A DNA stretch of 64,000 nucleotides from Octopus sinensis (lineage: Eukaryota), in the NCBI RefSeq assembly GCF_006345805.1, contig NC_043009.1, forward strand, positions 36,332,001 to 36,396,000, in the 5' to 3' direction. The notes beneath the pieces are model-generated. The model did no database searches and had not been told where the DNA came from. It was given only the letters and a program-made list of their open reading frames with translations. The position numbers and the translations under genes are program-made. Shown in pieces: positions 1-63,555 of this stretch (position 1 is the stretch's first letter; every line of letters starts with the position of its first letter).

Positions 1-230
1 GCAGTTGTTATCAGCCATTCACAACAATCCGCCTCCATTGCTGTGAGCCACAGCAGTCCCTTGAGGTAGAAACTGAAGTCCATCCTGCAATTCAGCTCAC
101 TACTACTCCCAAACAGTTGAGCAAAGTGCTGATAAAAAGCCACACACATCTGTTTGGGATCGAGGACCCTGTGCTCATTGCAGTCTGGTAAGGGTATTTA
201 TTGCTGCAGTCATAGTACTGACACCAAATA
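1..230 (-). mobile_element. Tx1/L1-clade non-LTR retrotransposon ORF2 fragment
   Basis: DCNEHRVLDPKQMCVAFYQHFAQLFG...DFSFYLKGLLWLTAMEADCCEWLIT resembles the L1/Tx1 EN-RT linker; nucleotide similarity to the copy near 8170-8350. Confidence 0.65.
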
Positions 231-484
231 CTTTCACATATACACACATACATACACAAGAACTCTATTTATGCTGAAATTCGAATGAAGGAGCTTTTGG
301 TCTGAGGTTACAAACCAGGTCTTTCTCTATTGACAACAAACCTAGAAATAAACTAAATAATAGCATCCATACATACCAAGTTTGCATGCACACACACACA
401 CAACTCACACAAATACAGAAACAAAAAGTTTCTGCAAAAGTGAGATAAAGCTTCTAAATCCAATAAAATGAAAAATATATTCAC

Positions 485-52745
<52,261 letters not shown>

Positions 52746-52783
52746 TGTCCACTGGTAAATGCATCAGTTCAGATTGCTGCAGG

Positions 52784-53006
52784 AATAATAATAATAATAA
52801 TAATAGTAATAATAATAATAGTAATAATAATAATAATAATAATGTAGTAGTAGTAGTAGTAGTAGTAGTAGGAAGAAGAAGAAGAAGAAGAAGAAGAAGA
52901 AGAAGAAGAAGAAGAAGAAGAAGAAGAAGAAGAAGAAGAAGAAGAAGAAGAAGAAGAAGAAGAAGAAGAAGAAGAAGAAGAAGAAGAAGAAGAAGAAGAA
53001 GAAGAA
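52784..53006. repeat. Compound trinucleotide microsatellite (AAT)~20(GTA)9(GAA)45
   Basis: Read directly; the GAA run at 52872-53006 is uninterrupted. Confidence 0.97.
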
Positions 53007-53007
53007 G

Positions 53008-53884
53008 CAACAAAAGCTGTAAAACAACTGAAATCCACACTAAAACTGGAACAGTAATGGATCATGATAAAACGATGGCAAGAAAAGCCCCTTCATGGCA
53101 AATACTGGGTTAAACTAAACTCAAAAGAAATAGAGAAAGCAAAACCCCAACAATGGCTGAGAAGCTCAGGACTCAAAGCAGAGACTGAAGGATTTTTAAT
53201 TGCAGCACAAGATCAAAGCCTCCCCACCAGAAATTACCAAAAACATATAATGAAAAGAAATATAACAAGTAACCGCAGAATATGTGGAGATGGACAAGAA
53301 ACAATAAATCATATTGTCTCTTCTTGGCTAAGAAAGAATATATTCACAGACACAACAGTGTTGGGACCTACATACACTGGAAGCTATGCTAACACTATGG
53401 AATAACAACAGAAAAAAGATGGTATAGGCACACACAAGAAAAGGTCACAGAAAATGAGAAAGAAACAATACTATGGGATATGCCAATACACACAGATAGA
53501 GAAATTAAGGCCAATAGGTCAGACATCATCAAAGAAAAAATGCTTTCTAATTGATGTATCAATACCAACAGATGACAACATTTCTCTTAAAAATACAAAG
53601 ACCTGGAAATAGAGGTAACTCAAATGTGGAGTCCAAAAACAGAAACAATTCCTCTCATAGTGGGCGCATTAGGTATGATAAAAAAAATATTCAGACAAAT
53701 ACATAACAAAAACACTGGGACTAACAAATATATATAATGTACAGAAAATAGCACTACTAGGCACCACACATCCTACATAAAACACTTTCAATACAGTAAC
53801 TATAAGAGTATCACAACAAACTACAGCATATACCCAAAGCGCACGGTAGTACGGTGAAAGCACATTATAAAAACAAGACTACTG
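53008..53884 (+). mobile_element. 5'-truncated R4/Dong-like (RLE) retrotransposon with 3' UTR and (AAT)n end
   Basis: RWQEKPLHGKYW...WLRSSGLKAETEGFLIAAQDQSLPTRNY...TILWDMPIHTDREIKANR.DII...LIDVSIP...IVGALG...LLGTTHILHKTLSIQ*, with frameshifts; ends ACTACTG(AAT)n. Confidence 0.88.
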
Positions 53885-53902
53885 AATAATAATAATAATA
53901 AT

Positions 53903-55040
53903 AATTTCTTTTTATTTGCCAGTAGGGTGAAGGATGAGGAGGACAATACAAAGACATACATTAAGTATGGGGATTTACATATAAAGAAATGAGAGAAAAA
54001 TGATATGCTTATATAAATGTATAGGAAGTATACACAGCATACAATAGTAAAAATAAAAAATAAATAGAGCACACTCATGCTCACTGCCAGAAATCATTGC
54101 AGATGGCACAACTTCAGTGCGTGTTTTCACATCAGAAGCCACAGCTTGCCTAAGCCACCAAGCAGAGTGTGCTGGCAGCAGACTGACCACCTGACCATTG
54201 GAACATGTCCCTTCCACAAGAAAATAAATAAGAGATGCTCCAACCTGGTCAAGCAATAACCAAGGTAGGGCATGATAGTCAGGTAATAACTGATAATGAA
54301 GGCAATGTAGGCATTTGCCACCTCTGCCTGACCTTTCAGGGACAGCTTCCTCGCTGCCCATTTCTGGGTAAGACTGGCCACCCTATTCGTCACCTCATCC
54401 CAGTCCTTATCCACTTGGAGGCTGGGATTGAACCGGACCCTGAGCAGTTAAACTGGCCCATCAGTCCAACATCCCAAGATGCCATCCAACAGCATTGACC
54501 TGCCTCTCCAGTTGCTCAGCCACAAACCCACTGACTTGTCGGCATTGATATTGGCCCCTGCAACAGACTCATATTCCTTTAGAATAGTGCCAACCATCCC
54601 CACATTGGTGGCATTTGACACCATGATGACGACATCATCTTCATATGCTGACACTGACACCCCTTAACTGTTTCAACTTCTGCAGCAGTGGCTCAAGAGC
54701 CAGCACATACAGACGAGGTGACGAACCAAGCATGTAATGCAAAACGGTTCCAACAGGTGACCAATTACTATTACCACTGAGCAGGCGCCACTGTGAATTG
54801 CAGCAATCTAGCCTCTGGAAATAGTTAAAAAACCAGCCGCTTTCAGGACAGTTTCAATGTAGTGATGGTCGACCCTATCAAATGCTCTAGATTGATCCAA
54901 ATGGATTGGGGCCCCACTGAAGCCAGCTTTAGTCCCAACCCCCTCTATGATGTATCATGTAAGGTGGAGGTTGCCATGGATAGACTTCTTCAGGATTGCA
55001 CATGTTTGTGCTTCCCTGACCAGACTATTTTCATGATAGC
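53903..55040 (-). mobile_element. 5'-truncated, internally deleted Tx1/L1-clade LINE
   Basis: VSAYEDDV (degenerate YADD), INADKSVGLWL, WDEVTNRV...RKLSLKG.AEVANAYI...LFIFLWKG...GGLG; 3' end CCCTACTGGCAAATAAAAAAGAA followed by (ATT)n. Confidence 0.85.
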
Positions 55041-55193
55041 AACAACAACAATAATCTGAAATTTGGGGGAGGGGTCTAGACGATTACAACCTCAGCAGAG
55101 TTTGAACTAAGAACATAAAGACAGAAGAAATGAAACTAAGCATTTTTTCCAACATGTTAATATTTCTGCCAGATCAATGCCTAAATAATAATA

Positions 55194-55226
<33 letters not shown>

Positions 55227-55668
55227 GGGTTTCAAATTTTGTCACAAGGGCAGCAATTTTGGGGGAGGGAATGAGTTGATTACATCGACCCGTCTACAAC
55301 TGGTACTTATTTTATCGACTCCAAAAGGATAAAATGCAAAGTTAATCTCAGTAGCATCAGAACTCAGAAAATAAAGAGGTAGAAGAAATGTTGTTAAAAA
55401 TCTTACCTAGCTTACTAACAACTCTGCAGGCTCCCTGCCTTAGTAATAACTATTATCATTCCTACTATAAGCACAAGGCTTGAAATTTTGTAGAAGGGGG
55501 TTAGTCAATTGCATGAACCCCAGTATTCAACTAGTATTTAACTTCGAAAGGATGAAAAGCTAAATTGACCTCAGCAGAATTTGAACTCAGAATATAAAAC
55601 CAAAAGAATTGCTGCTAAGCATTTTGTCCAGTAAGCTAATGATTCTAGTAGCTCACAACAACAACAAC

Positions 55669-55705
<37 letters not shown>

Positions 55706-56090
55706 GTAGTAGTAGTAGTAGTAGAAAATATAAAAAAACAAAACACTGCATGTATCCAGTAGGCGATGAGCTGTGCTTGGATGTGAAGTAAAAGCATGCA
55801 ATAAAAATAAACTACTGAAAAAAAATCAATATTCAGGAAATGAATTGTGATTTGGTGGTCACTAAGGAAGCTGGGTGGGTAGCATAATGGCCTTAAGGGC
55901 TGTACCAGATACATGCAGAAATACAGACATCAAAGTCAATAACAAATCCATATGGTATACCAAATGGAAAGCAAACTGATGATGATGATGATTTCAAATT
56001 TTGGTACAAGAAGAGCATGTTTGGGAGAGAAAAGCAGAGTCAATTGGGCCAAATGCAATACTTCACTGGTATTATATTTTACTGGCTTTA

Positions 56091-56310
56091 CCCTTTAGTA
56101 TTTAAACCGGCCATATCTGATCAAAGTATTCTACATCTTACGTTCAAACTAGCAAGATCTAGCCTCTCACACTTACCCCACAATGTCATTCTAAAGTTAA
56201 ACATTCACGTCATAAAAATTTCACAGATACAAGATAAGGCATCACGTAAATTCAAAATAATGTGAATAAATAAGCATTACATTTGGCAGAGTAATCTGAA
56301 TGCTAAAGGG
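56091..56310. mobile_element. piggyBac-like MITE, CCCTTTAG family
   Basis: TTTA|CCCTTTAGTATTT ... CTGAATGCTAAAGGG|TTAA; colinear with 36808-37027. Confidence 0.75.
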
Positions 56311-57525
56311 TTAAGTTTATGATATTAGGATATAGTTCAGACAACAAAGAGATGCTACCAAATATTGTAAGACATTTTGTCTGTCACTCTATCAATTCTA
56401 CCATGACGATGGTGGCAGTGGTAGTGGTTTTGGTAATGGTAGTCTTGGTGGTGGTCGTGATTTCTCTCACTTGCCTGAAGCCATATTACATATTTACATA
56501 GATTTGATTCAGGTTCTTGCATCAACCTAAAATAGTGGTTTCAAATTTTGGTACAAGACCAGCAGGTTTGACGGCGAGGGTAAGTCAATTACATGAATCC
56601 CAGTGCTCAACTGGTACTATTTTATCGATTCCAACAGGACTAAAGGCTAAGTCGACCATGGCGGAATTTGAACTCAGAGCATGAGGACGGACGAGAGCTA
56701 CTGACAGACAGTTGTATCTACTCTGATACAGCAATCTTCACTTCTACATTTCATCTCAGATAAAATTTCTTGCCAAGCAGGAACAATAACAAAAGACCCA
56801 GATAAACCCTGACCAAGCAGACCTAAGATCAATGCAGTTCTATGACCATCTCATCTTTCTATATATTAATGACTATACTATTCAATATATCTTTCTTTTT
56901 TGTCAAGAAAGCAGAATGCGATTTGATCGCGATTTTACTTTTTTTCTCGCAGGTTCAGAACTGCATAGAGGCTCCTTCATTAGATCGATCCTAACAGTTA
57001 TTGATACGTTGGTGTTAAGAATTTAAAAATGATTTTAAATAAATATAAATACAGTAACCAACAAAATACGATTAATTGCGTGAAATACCTAATAGATAAA
57101 ATTTGATAAACATTGTCTGTTAGACAAGTAAGTTCCAACCAGTGTTCCCCAATGATGATACACACACAGATGCAACTGGATAAAACATAAAATAGAAAGA
57201 TGCCCAAGAAAATGCATTTTCTTTTTCAATATGTAATTTAAGGAGGGGCAAAAACAACATCAAGAATACAAAATGTTATGACACCTGTTGTTGCTTAGTA
57301 TCAAGTAAATCATAAGCAGATCAATGGTATTCCTGCCGTGACTTATACCGTCTGTTTTTTAGACAGTGTATCTAGACCACACAATCCTACATGACCCCTT
57401 CTATAAGACAAGATATGATTTGAAGGAGATTTGATTATAATTTCTAGTAGGTTAAAGTTACCAAATACATCAGTTTCTCGATCTTTTCTCCTCCCACATC
57501 ACACTTCAGTTTTCAAAAAAAAGCA

Positions 57526-57929
57526 GGATCTTTTCAGTTTGAACGGCAGTTTTCTCTAGCTGTGTCATATGAAATTGTCACCCATAATTATGACCCTAGT
57601 ATCAATCTATTGCATTTCAATCTGTTTTAGGGTTGGGTTAGGGGGGAGGGTATCTTTTTTTCATCACAAATGTAAATAAACCCAATCTGTTTCTTAATCG
57701 AGGGACATATTCATTCGGCACAGAATGTTTTTTTTTACCTCAATAGACGTCATTGATTGGTTGAAATTTTAGAAAAAAAACAACAAATATCTTACAAACT
57801 ATAGAATTTTCTCAATAAAGCCAAGAGAGAAAGATGTTTTATAAACACATTCTACCAGTATACGAAGTTTAAAATTTTTTAGTTACCTAGAAATTATGTT
57901 AAAAACTGCCGTTCAAACAGAGAAGATCC
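57526..57929. mobile_element. MITE with about 28-bp TIRs, superfamily unclear
   Basis: GGATCTTTTCAGTTTGAACGGCAGTTTT ... AAAACTGCCGTTCAAACAGAGAAGATCC; no obvious target duplication. Confidence 0.75.
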
Positions 57930-58476
57930 AAACATTATCCTAAAATAAATTTAAAAAATCCCATCACCTTCGAACGATGTCAGGACAAATTTCTTCAAGG
58001 GATACCGGGCAAGCCACCTATATCTCAGTCAACAACTTCCAACTTGAATGAGCTATGATACCACAAAACTTGACTTTAAAATGACTTAATAGATTCCATC
58101 AGGTGATACTATTAAGTTAAACGTGGCCTGGGCCAATTTGGCCGAAACATATCAAAGTGTATTAAATGTATGTATATATTATCGAACAAGTGTTATTCAC
58201 TTGTTACATATGCCCCACCAAAATACTGTCACAGCCCCGTCTTAAGAAACATTGATAAAGATATTTAAAATTAAGGGAAAATTCATATCAAAAGTTGGCG
58301 CGCTCATTTGTAAAATAAATTGTTGTCTTGAGATTTCGAAACAAGACATCATTGACTTCAAAAATTCAACAGGTAAAAACATGAAGAAGTTTGGATCCAG
58401 AACAAATTACTAATCACCACTGCAACTACGACCATCATTGCAATAAGAAAACAAGGTAACTGATTAGTCTCTATAT

Positions 58477-58619
58477 CAATCTAGGGCAAACTACGGTCCG
58501 CGGGACTTTCTGAATGGTGCATTTAATATAAAATTACTTTTAAATTTTAGTAGTGTTGCCGCCTGATGATGAACCACATTTCGTACGAGCCGCTTCTCGA
58601 GAAAGGTTGCCCATGCCTG
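58477..58619. mobile_element. hAT (Charlie-type) MITE with 8-bp target duplication
   Basis: Identical CTCTATAT flanks (58469-58476 and 58620-58627); termini CAATCTAGGGCAAACTACGGTCCGCGGG / GGTTGCCCATGCCTG. Confidence 0.78.
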
Positions 58620-59138
58620 CTCTATATAGCTAGACCTGCTAGAAATAGCACCCAAACTCACGAACCATTATTAATGTCTTTAAAAAAAGGAGGCGACAGG
58701 TGTATCCCTAATTTACACAATGCATATAAATAGGACGAGATCGTAACAACTGTATTGTCTTTAATCATAGGTCTACTGGCTTAGGGTTGACCTGGGGCCG
58801 AAGTACATGGACAATCAATTTGCTAGAAACAGCTACCAAGTCTTCCTACCAATCCACAACCTGACGTTTTAAAGCGAAGGACATGGGACATATTATATAA
58901 TGTAATACTGGGCACATTGATATAAACAAAAGCAAAAACCTGTTAATGGTCTACGGGATCGGGTCTGACTCGTGGCTAAACAAGTGTACAGTAGTTTTAC
59001 TAAGTTTAGTTAATGATTTGGCAAAAGTTCAGATTGAAGAGTTAAGACAAGTACATTTAGATAAACAATCCAAGTATGTATGTATGTATGTATATATATA
59101 TAGTCTCTGGTGGAAATGTATTTAATAGCACTGGTTTG

Positions 59139-59179
<41 letters not shown>

Positions 59180-59709
59180 ATGTTGGAAATGATTTTAAAT
59201 AATTAAAAAAAAAGTTATGACAAAAAGAACGATGGGAAAACAACAATAAACAGAGAGACATCAGCTGGAAGAAATGTTTTCTCCTCAGAAATAAATCTAA
59301 ACTCGTAAGTTGAGAAGGTATAAAACATAAATGGTAAGTAATTGATAAATTAGGGCTTGATGGAATTAAATAAAAGTAATTAAGGCAAATACAGTTGGTG
59401 AGTGAAGAGGAATAAAGGGCAAAGCATGAAGAAATCTGTGTTTATAAATGGAACAACGATGAGTGATGTGAAACACCATCAATATTATTGTTTTAGTCAG
59501 CTCTGAGAGAGATTGAAGAAGAATAGTTAAGTTAGGGGTGAGACAGTTTGAGAGGATTATTATGGAGCGAAGAAATAAAATCTGTTGTTGTCTGTGTGTT
59601 TTGTATTTGATTGTTAATTGTTATGGGCTTTACTTATAAAATTGCGAGGAAAAAATTATTGAGAAAAGAAGTTGAAAGCAGAGAAAACAGAGCCAGAATG
59701 AATGCTCAC

Positions 59710-59780
59710 CGTCAAATGACTTAGCTTTTATAACACTAACCAGATCGGTGTGTGGAAGGATACCTTGCACCCAGCATGCA
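59710..59780 (-). other. TAF1: Putative non-coding first exon of TAF1 (upstream end approximate)
   Basis: The TAF1 ATG exon begins at a splice acceptor, so an upstream exon is required. A strong donor CG|GTGAGC lies at 59710/59709, just downstream of a promoter motif cluster. Confidence 0.55.
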
Positions 59781-59784
59781 TCAG

Positions 59785-59842
59785 TTAACCACGTGACTCA
59801 CTCCGTCCAATCATATCATTCGTAATCGGTCGACGGAAGTTT
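59785..59842 (-). promoter_or_regulatory. Putative TAF1 proximal promoter
   Basis: CpG-containing patch in AT-rich DNA with CACGTGAC E-box (59790-59797) overlapping TGACTCA (59794-59800), CCAATC (59807-59812) and ETS-like ACGGAAGT (59833-59840). Confidence 0.55.
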
Positions 59843-61193
59843 AGTTTCACTACTAAATAAAAAAATTGTCTGTACTGGTTCTTCCTCAGTGTTGTTAGTT
59901 TTACTACAGCTTTCTTTGACGTATTTTGTTATTTAACTCTTTTGTTTATTATTAATTAACTGAGTATACCTAAGATCAAAGACAAGCCAGTCGTAACCAT
60001 CCATCACATCTATAAACAGATATCCAGGACTGGTGCTTCTAGCAGGTTGAGCGACCACATACGAGCTCCCTCATTGGTTGATATACATATATTAATTCAG
60101 TCCCAGTTATTCTATGGTCAACCTGGTCTTTCCCTAACCTTTATAGAAGTATATATAAGTGTATATTTCGTAAACTCTCCTTGTATATCTAGGACTACAT
60201 TATCTTTTGTCTTTTTCTTTTCTTTAACACTAGGATATGATTTTGGCTGCTATTTCTAACGGGTAGCTCAAATGTATATGGACAACCACTGTCAAAATCC
60301 ATCGAAGGCGTTCTAGCTGTAATCATCATCCTATCTTGTTTTTATTTTTATCATAGTGGGATCTTGTTCGTTTTCTTGCAACCACTTGAAGATTTGTTTA
60401 AATCACAATGGATGCAGGACCACATTATATAATGTCATTCCATTTTAAAAATATAGTGCTCGAATCGGAAGGATTTTAACTGCTATTTCTAGCAAATCTT
60501 GCGACTAGGTAGTTTCGCCGCCGTTGATGTTTGGCTCGTAAAATGTTTATTGATGACCGATTTGTTGGTTTTTTTTCTGTTGAACTTAACGGTGCGTTCT
60601 ATGATTTATATTTCATTCCTGCATCGTTAACATAAATCACATTCTATTTCTATTCACTATACATAGATATTAAATCCCTCCCTCACTTTCATACTCCCTA
60701 TACAGATAATTTATTAAACTTCTGTCGTTATTATTTACATTTGTGATATTCGTCACAATGTACAAAATTAAAAGCAAAAACGGTTTAAAGTAAACAGTTA
60801 TTGCATTCAAGTTATGTGATTGTTAAGTTTGTTTTTCAAGCACATGGTTCGGGGTTCGGTCCCACTTTGCGACACCTATGATAAGTATCTTCTACTATAT
60901 CGTTGGGCTAACCAATAAATTTCTTGTGGGTGGAATTTTGCAAACTAAACCTCATTGTGTGTAAAAATGTGTACGCGCGTCATGTAATGCGATTTGAATT
61001 TAAATCGCACGACAAAAATAAAACTATTTAGAAATCTGTATAATCCTGTATATCCAAAGGAAAACTGAAGTGTAATATTATAGGTTGAATTTCATTTAAT
61101 TAAAATCTACAATCGTGTAAGTCTCGAAGTATATAAAGTAAAGCAGGACAGTTTGTTTACATAATAGTTATATAAGCTCTCGTTTTCTTTTGC

Positions 61194-61225
<32 letters not shown>

Positions 61226-61556
61226 GTGTAGGGAAGGAGAAAGGTTACGTGATGAGGTGACACTTATGCTTTTCCGCACGTTCAAGCTGTGATGAGGAGT
61301 GTTGTTATAGTCTGAGTTTCATTTGATTAATATCAACAATCGTGTAGGCCGCAAAATATATACAGAAAGCAAAGCAGGACAGTTTGTTTACATAATTATA
61401 TAAGCAAGCTATCGTTTTATGTGTGGAGGGAGGGATAAAAAAAAAAGTTAAATCTTTTAATGTTAGCAATAAAGATTACTAGAGTTACGTCCCTTGCACA
61501 CTGACGACCTTCAGTGGTTTTGTGTAAGCAGCATTGATTCCCTCCACTCAGATGAG

Positions 61557-61750
61557 ATGGCCTTCATTCACCGCACTGCTTATAGCATAACACTCCAGCA
61601 TTGGGCTAGACAACGGCCCCAATGTTGCCATAGATTTTATGCTTCCCTCACCAAAAAACAGAAAGAACATTTAGCAAGCGGTCCGGATTTAGCTGATTTC
61701 ATCTTAGATGACGAGCCTCAAAAAAATATCCACAGGAAAAAAGGTGAAAG
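61557..61750 (+). CDS. LIAS: Lipoyl synthase, mitochondrial; first coding exon, remainder outside the window
   Basis: MAFIHRT...LTKKQKEHLASGPDLADFILDD...IHRKKGER matches remembered human LIAS KKELLQNGPDLQDFVSG...LKRQKGER. ATG in strong context (gagATGg), donor AG|gtaatt at phase 2. The N-terminus is Arg/Ser/Thr-rich without acidic residues, like a mitochondrial presequence. Confidence 0.8.
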
Positions 61751-62864
61751 GTAATTGTTTGCTGTCCACTTTTATTTACCGATTAATTCCTTTTAAGAAT
61801 ATTAGTCCCACAGTCCTATGTATGGGGACATGGATAAGTTGCTGTAAAATTGCTCAGTTATTTGATAGAAATACTCAAGAGTTCAGAGATACCTTTGTTG
61901 TTTATATTTTGCTTATATAAAGAAGGCTTTGATGTGAAACGAGATCGTGTAACGACATCGTAAATGATGAAATATGTAATCTTTATCTTATCTATGGTCA
62001 TTCATCTACACAAGTCACGTTTTGCTTTATATAACTTGTGTACACATTACATAACGCCGAGATATTTTTTAAGGCCAAAACTAATAATGCCATTCCTTGT
62101 CTATGTGTGTGCCTGTTCTCTTTTTATGTATTTATGGGTTGTGTAAAATCCGCAAAACATTCTTGAATTTTGAATTATACAGTATAATACTGCCTAACGC
62201 ATTTTATGACATTCATAAAAGCATTGTCTCTGTTGTATCGTCAACAGCTAAACTCGAACAGACACATTGAAAATAACGCGTCTGATGCATAAACTTCGAT
62301 TCTGTTTTCTGCTTGGAAATTTGCGGGTTTTACATACACACATGAAGCAGGTCAGAACAAATATGCAAGACTTTTTTCTTAAAGTTTAAAATAAGATATT
62401 GCTTGCATGATTTCGAACCCATATTAACTTTCTTCTCCTCCCATTTCGGCATCTCATTTGGCACAGAAATACCCGAAGTCGTCGAGTTATATCGAAGGAA
62501 TGCCATAATAATAATGTTCTAAAGCATCTCCTAAAAGATTTTCAACAGAAATGACTGACCATTTGGTCCTATATTACTCCACGATGAGAAGTTCACTCCG
62601 GACTCTTTTTTGAACCTGAGGGTCAGTACCGGATGGAATATTAAATTTAATTAATGAATGAATTATAAAAGAAGTTATATAATCGCCTTCATTAGTTTGC
62701 AACTGTTTCGGCTGTAAGGAACCGTGCACCCAGAGTTAAGGCCAGCGCTCTAAGTTGAAGAACCTAATTACGTGACCCTTATTCCTTTCTGAATCGTTTA
62801 TTAATTGATTCATTCATTAATTGATGGATAGACAGAGAGAGAGAGACTTGCATGTGTTGAATTA

Positions 62865-62938
62865 GCAAGTAGTGGTGTAATTGGGAACGCATCTTCTTGA
62901 CAAGCAATAAATTCGAGGTTCGATTCCCATCAGTGAAC
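62865..62938 (+). pseudogene. tRNA-like relic or SINE head
   Basis: A-box TGGTGTAATTGG and B-box GGTTCGATTCC at tRNA spacing, but acceptor and anticodon stems do not pair. Confidence 0.35.
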
Positions 62939-63555
62939 CTGATTCTTATCCCAGAATCATAGATTGACAAAATCGGTTGAATGATGGACGAAGTACCTTG
63001 CGGTATTTAGTTGTATACCTACTTGGTAAATTTTGGGAAGTATACCTGCATGATTTTCACTGAGGAAAAAAAACTCGGATTTTTTGCGTGGAATCAAATA
63101 CCCTGGCCTCCTAATGTGCCCCCACCCCACCCTACTCCGCTATCCCGGAATCATTAAAATTGTTTTTGTTTTTTATTTCGTTACGGTGACCTCCTAATGC
63201 CACAAACTCCATTTTTTTTTGGTCCGGAAAACGGGGTGAGGTGGAACCCTCGGAAATTTAAATTCTGCCGAGGTCAACTTTGCCTTTCATCCTTTTGGGG
63301 TCGATTCCTCTCTCTCTCACTCTCTCTCATCTGTGAGCCACTTGTAGAAGAGTATGTCTAGGAGTATATAATGTAATATCATTTCCCTATTTAAGGGAAA
63401 TAATATTCCCTTTTTGCTGCACCACTCAGTTATGCAAACTTTAAAAAAAAACACCACTGGTTATCAAGCAGTAGGCATAGAAACACGACATTCATGCATA
63501 CATACATACATAAATACATACTTGCATATATACATACGTCATACATGTGTACATG

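Noticed and set aside
1-186. In-frame acceptor (ttaccag at 185-186) as the next TAF1 exon
   Set aside because: The peptide is Tx1 ORF2-like rather than the acidic TAF1 tail, the homology extends across the AG, and the pyrimidine tract is weak.
57960-58150. Possible CR1-like LINE 3' end (DKFLQGIPGKPP)
   Set aside because: Only a few residues match a remembered motif, which is too weak to list as a feature.
62865-62938. Functional tRNA gene
   Set aside because: A and B boxes are present but the cloverleaf stems do not pair and there is no clean anticodon loop.
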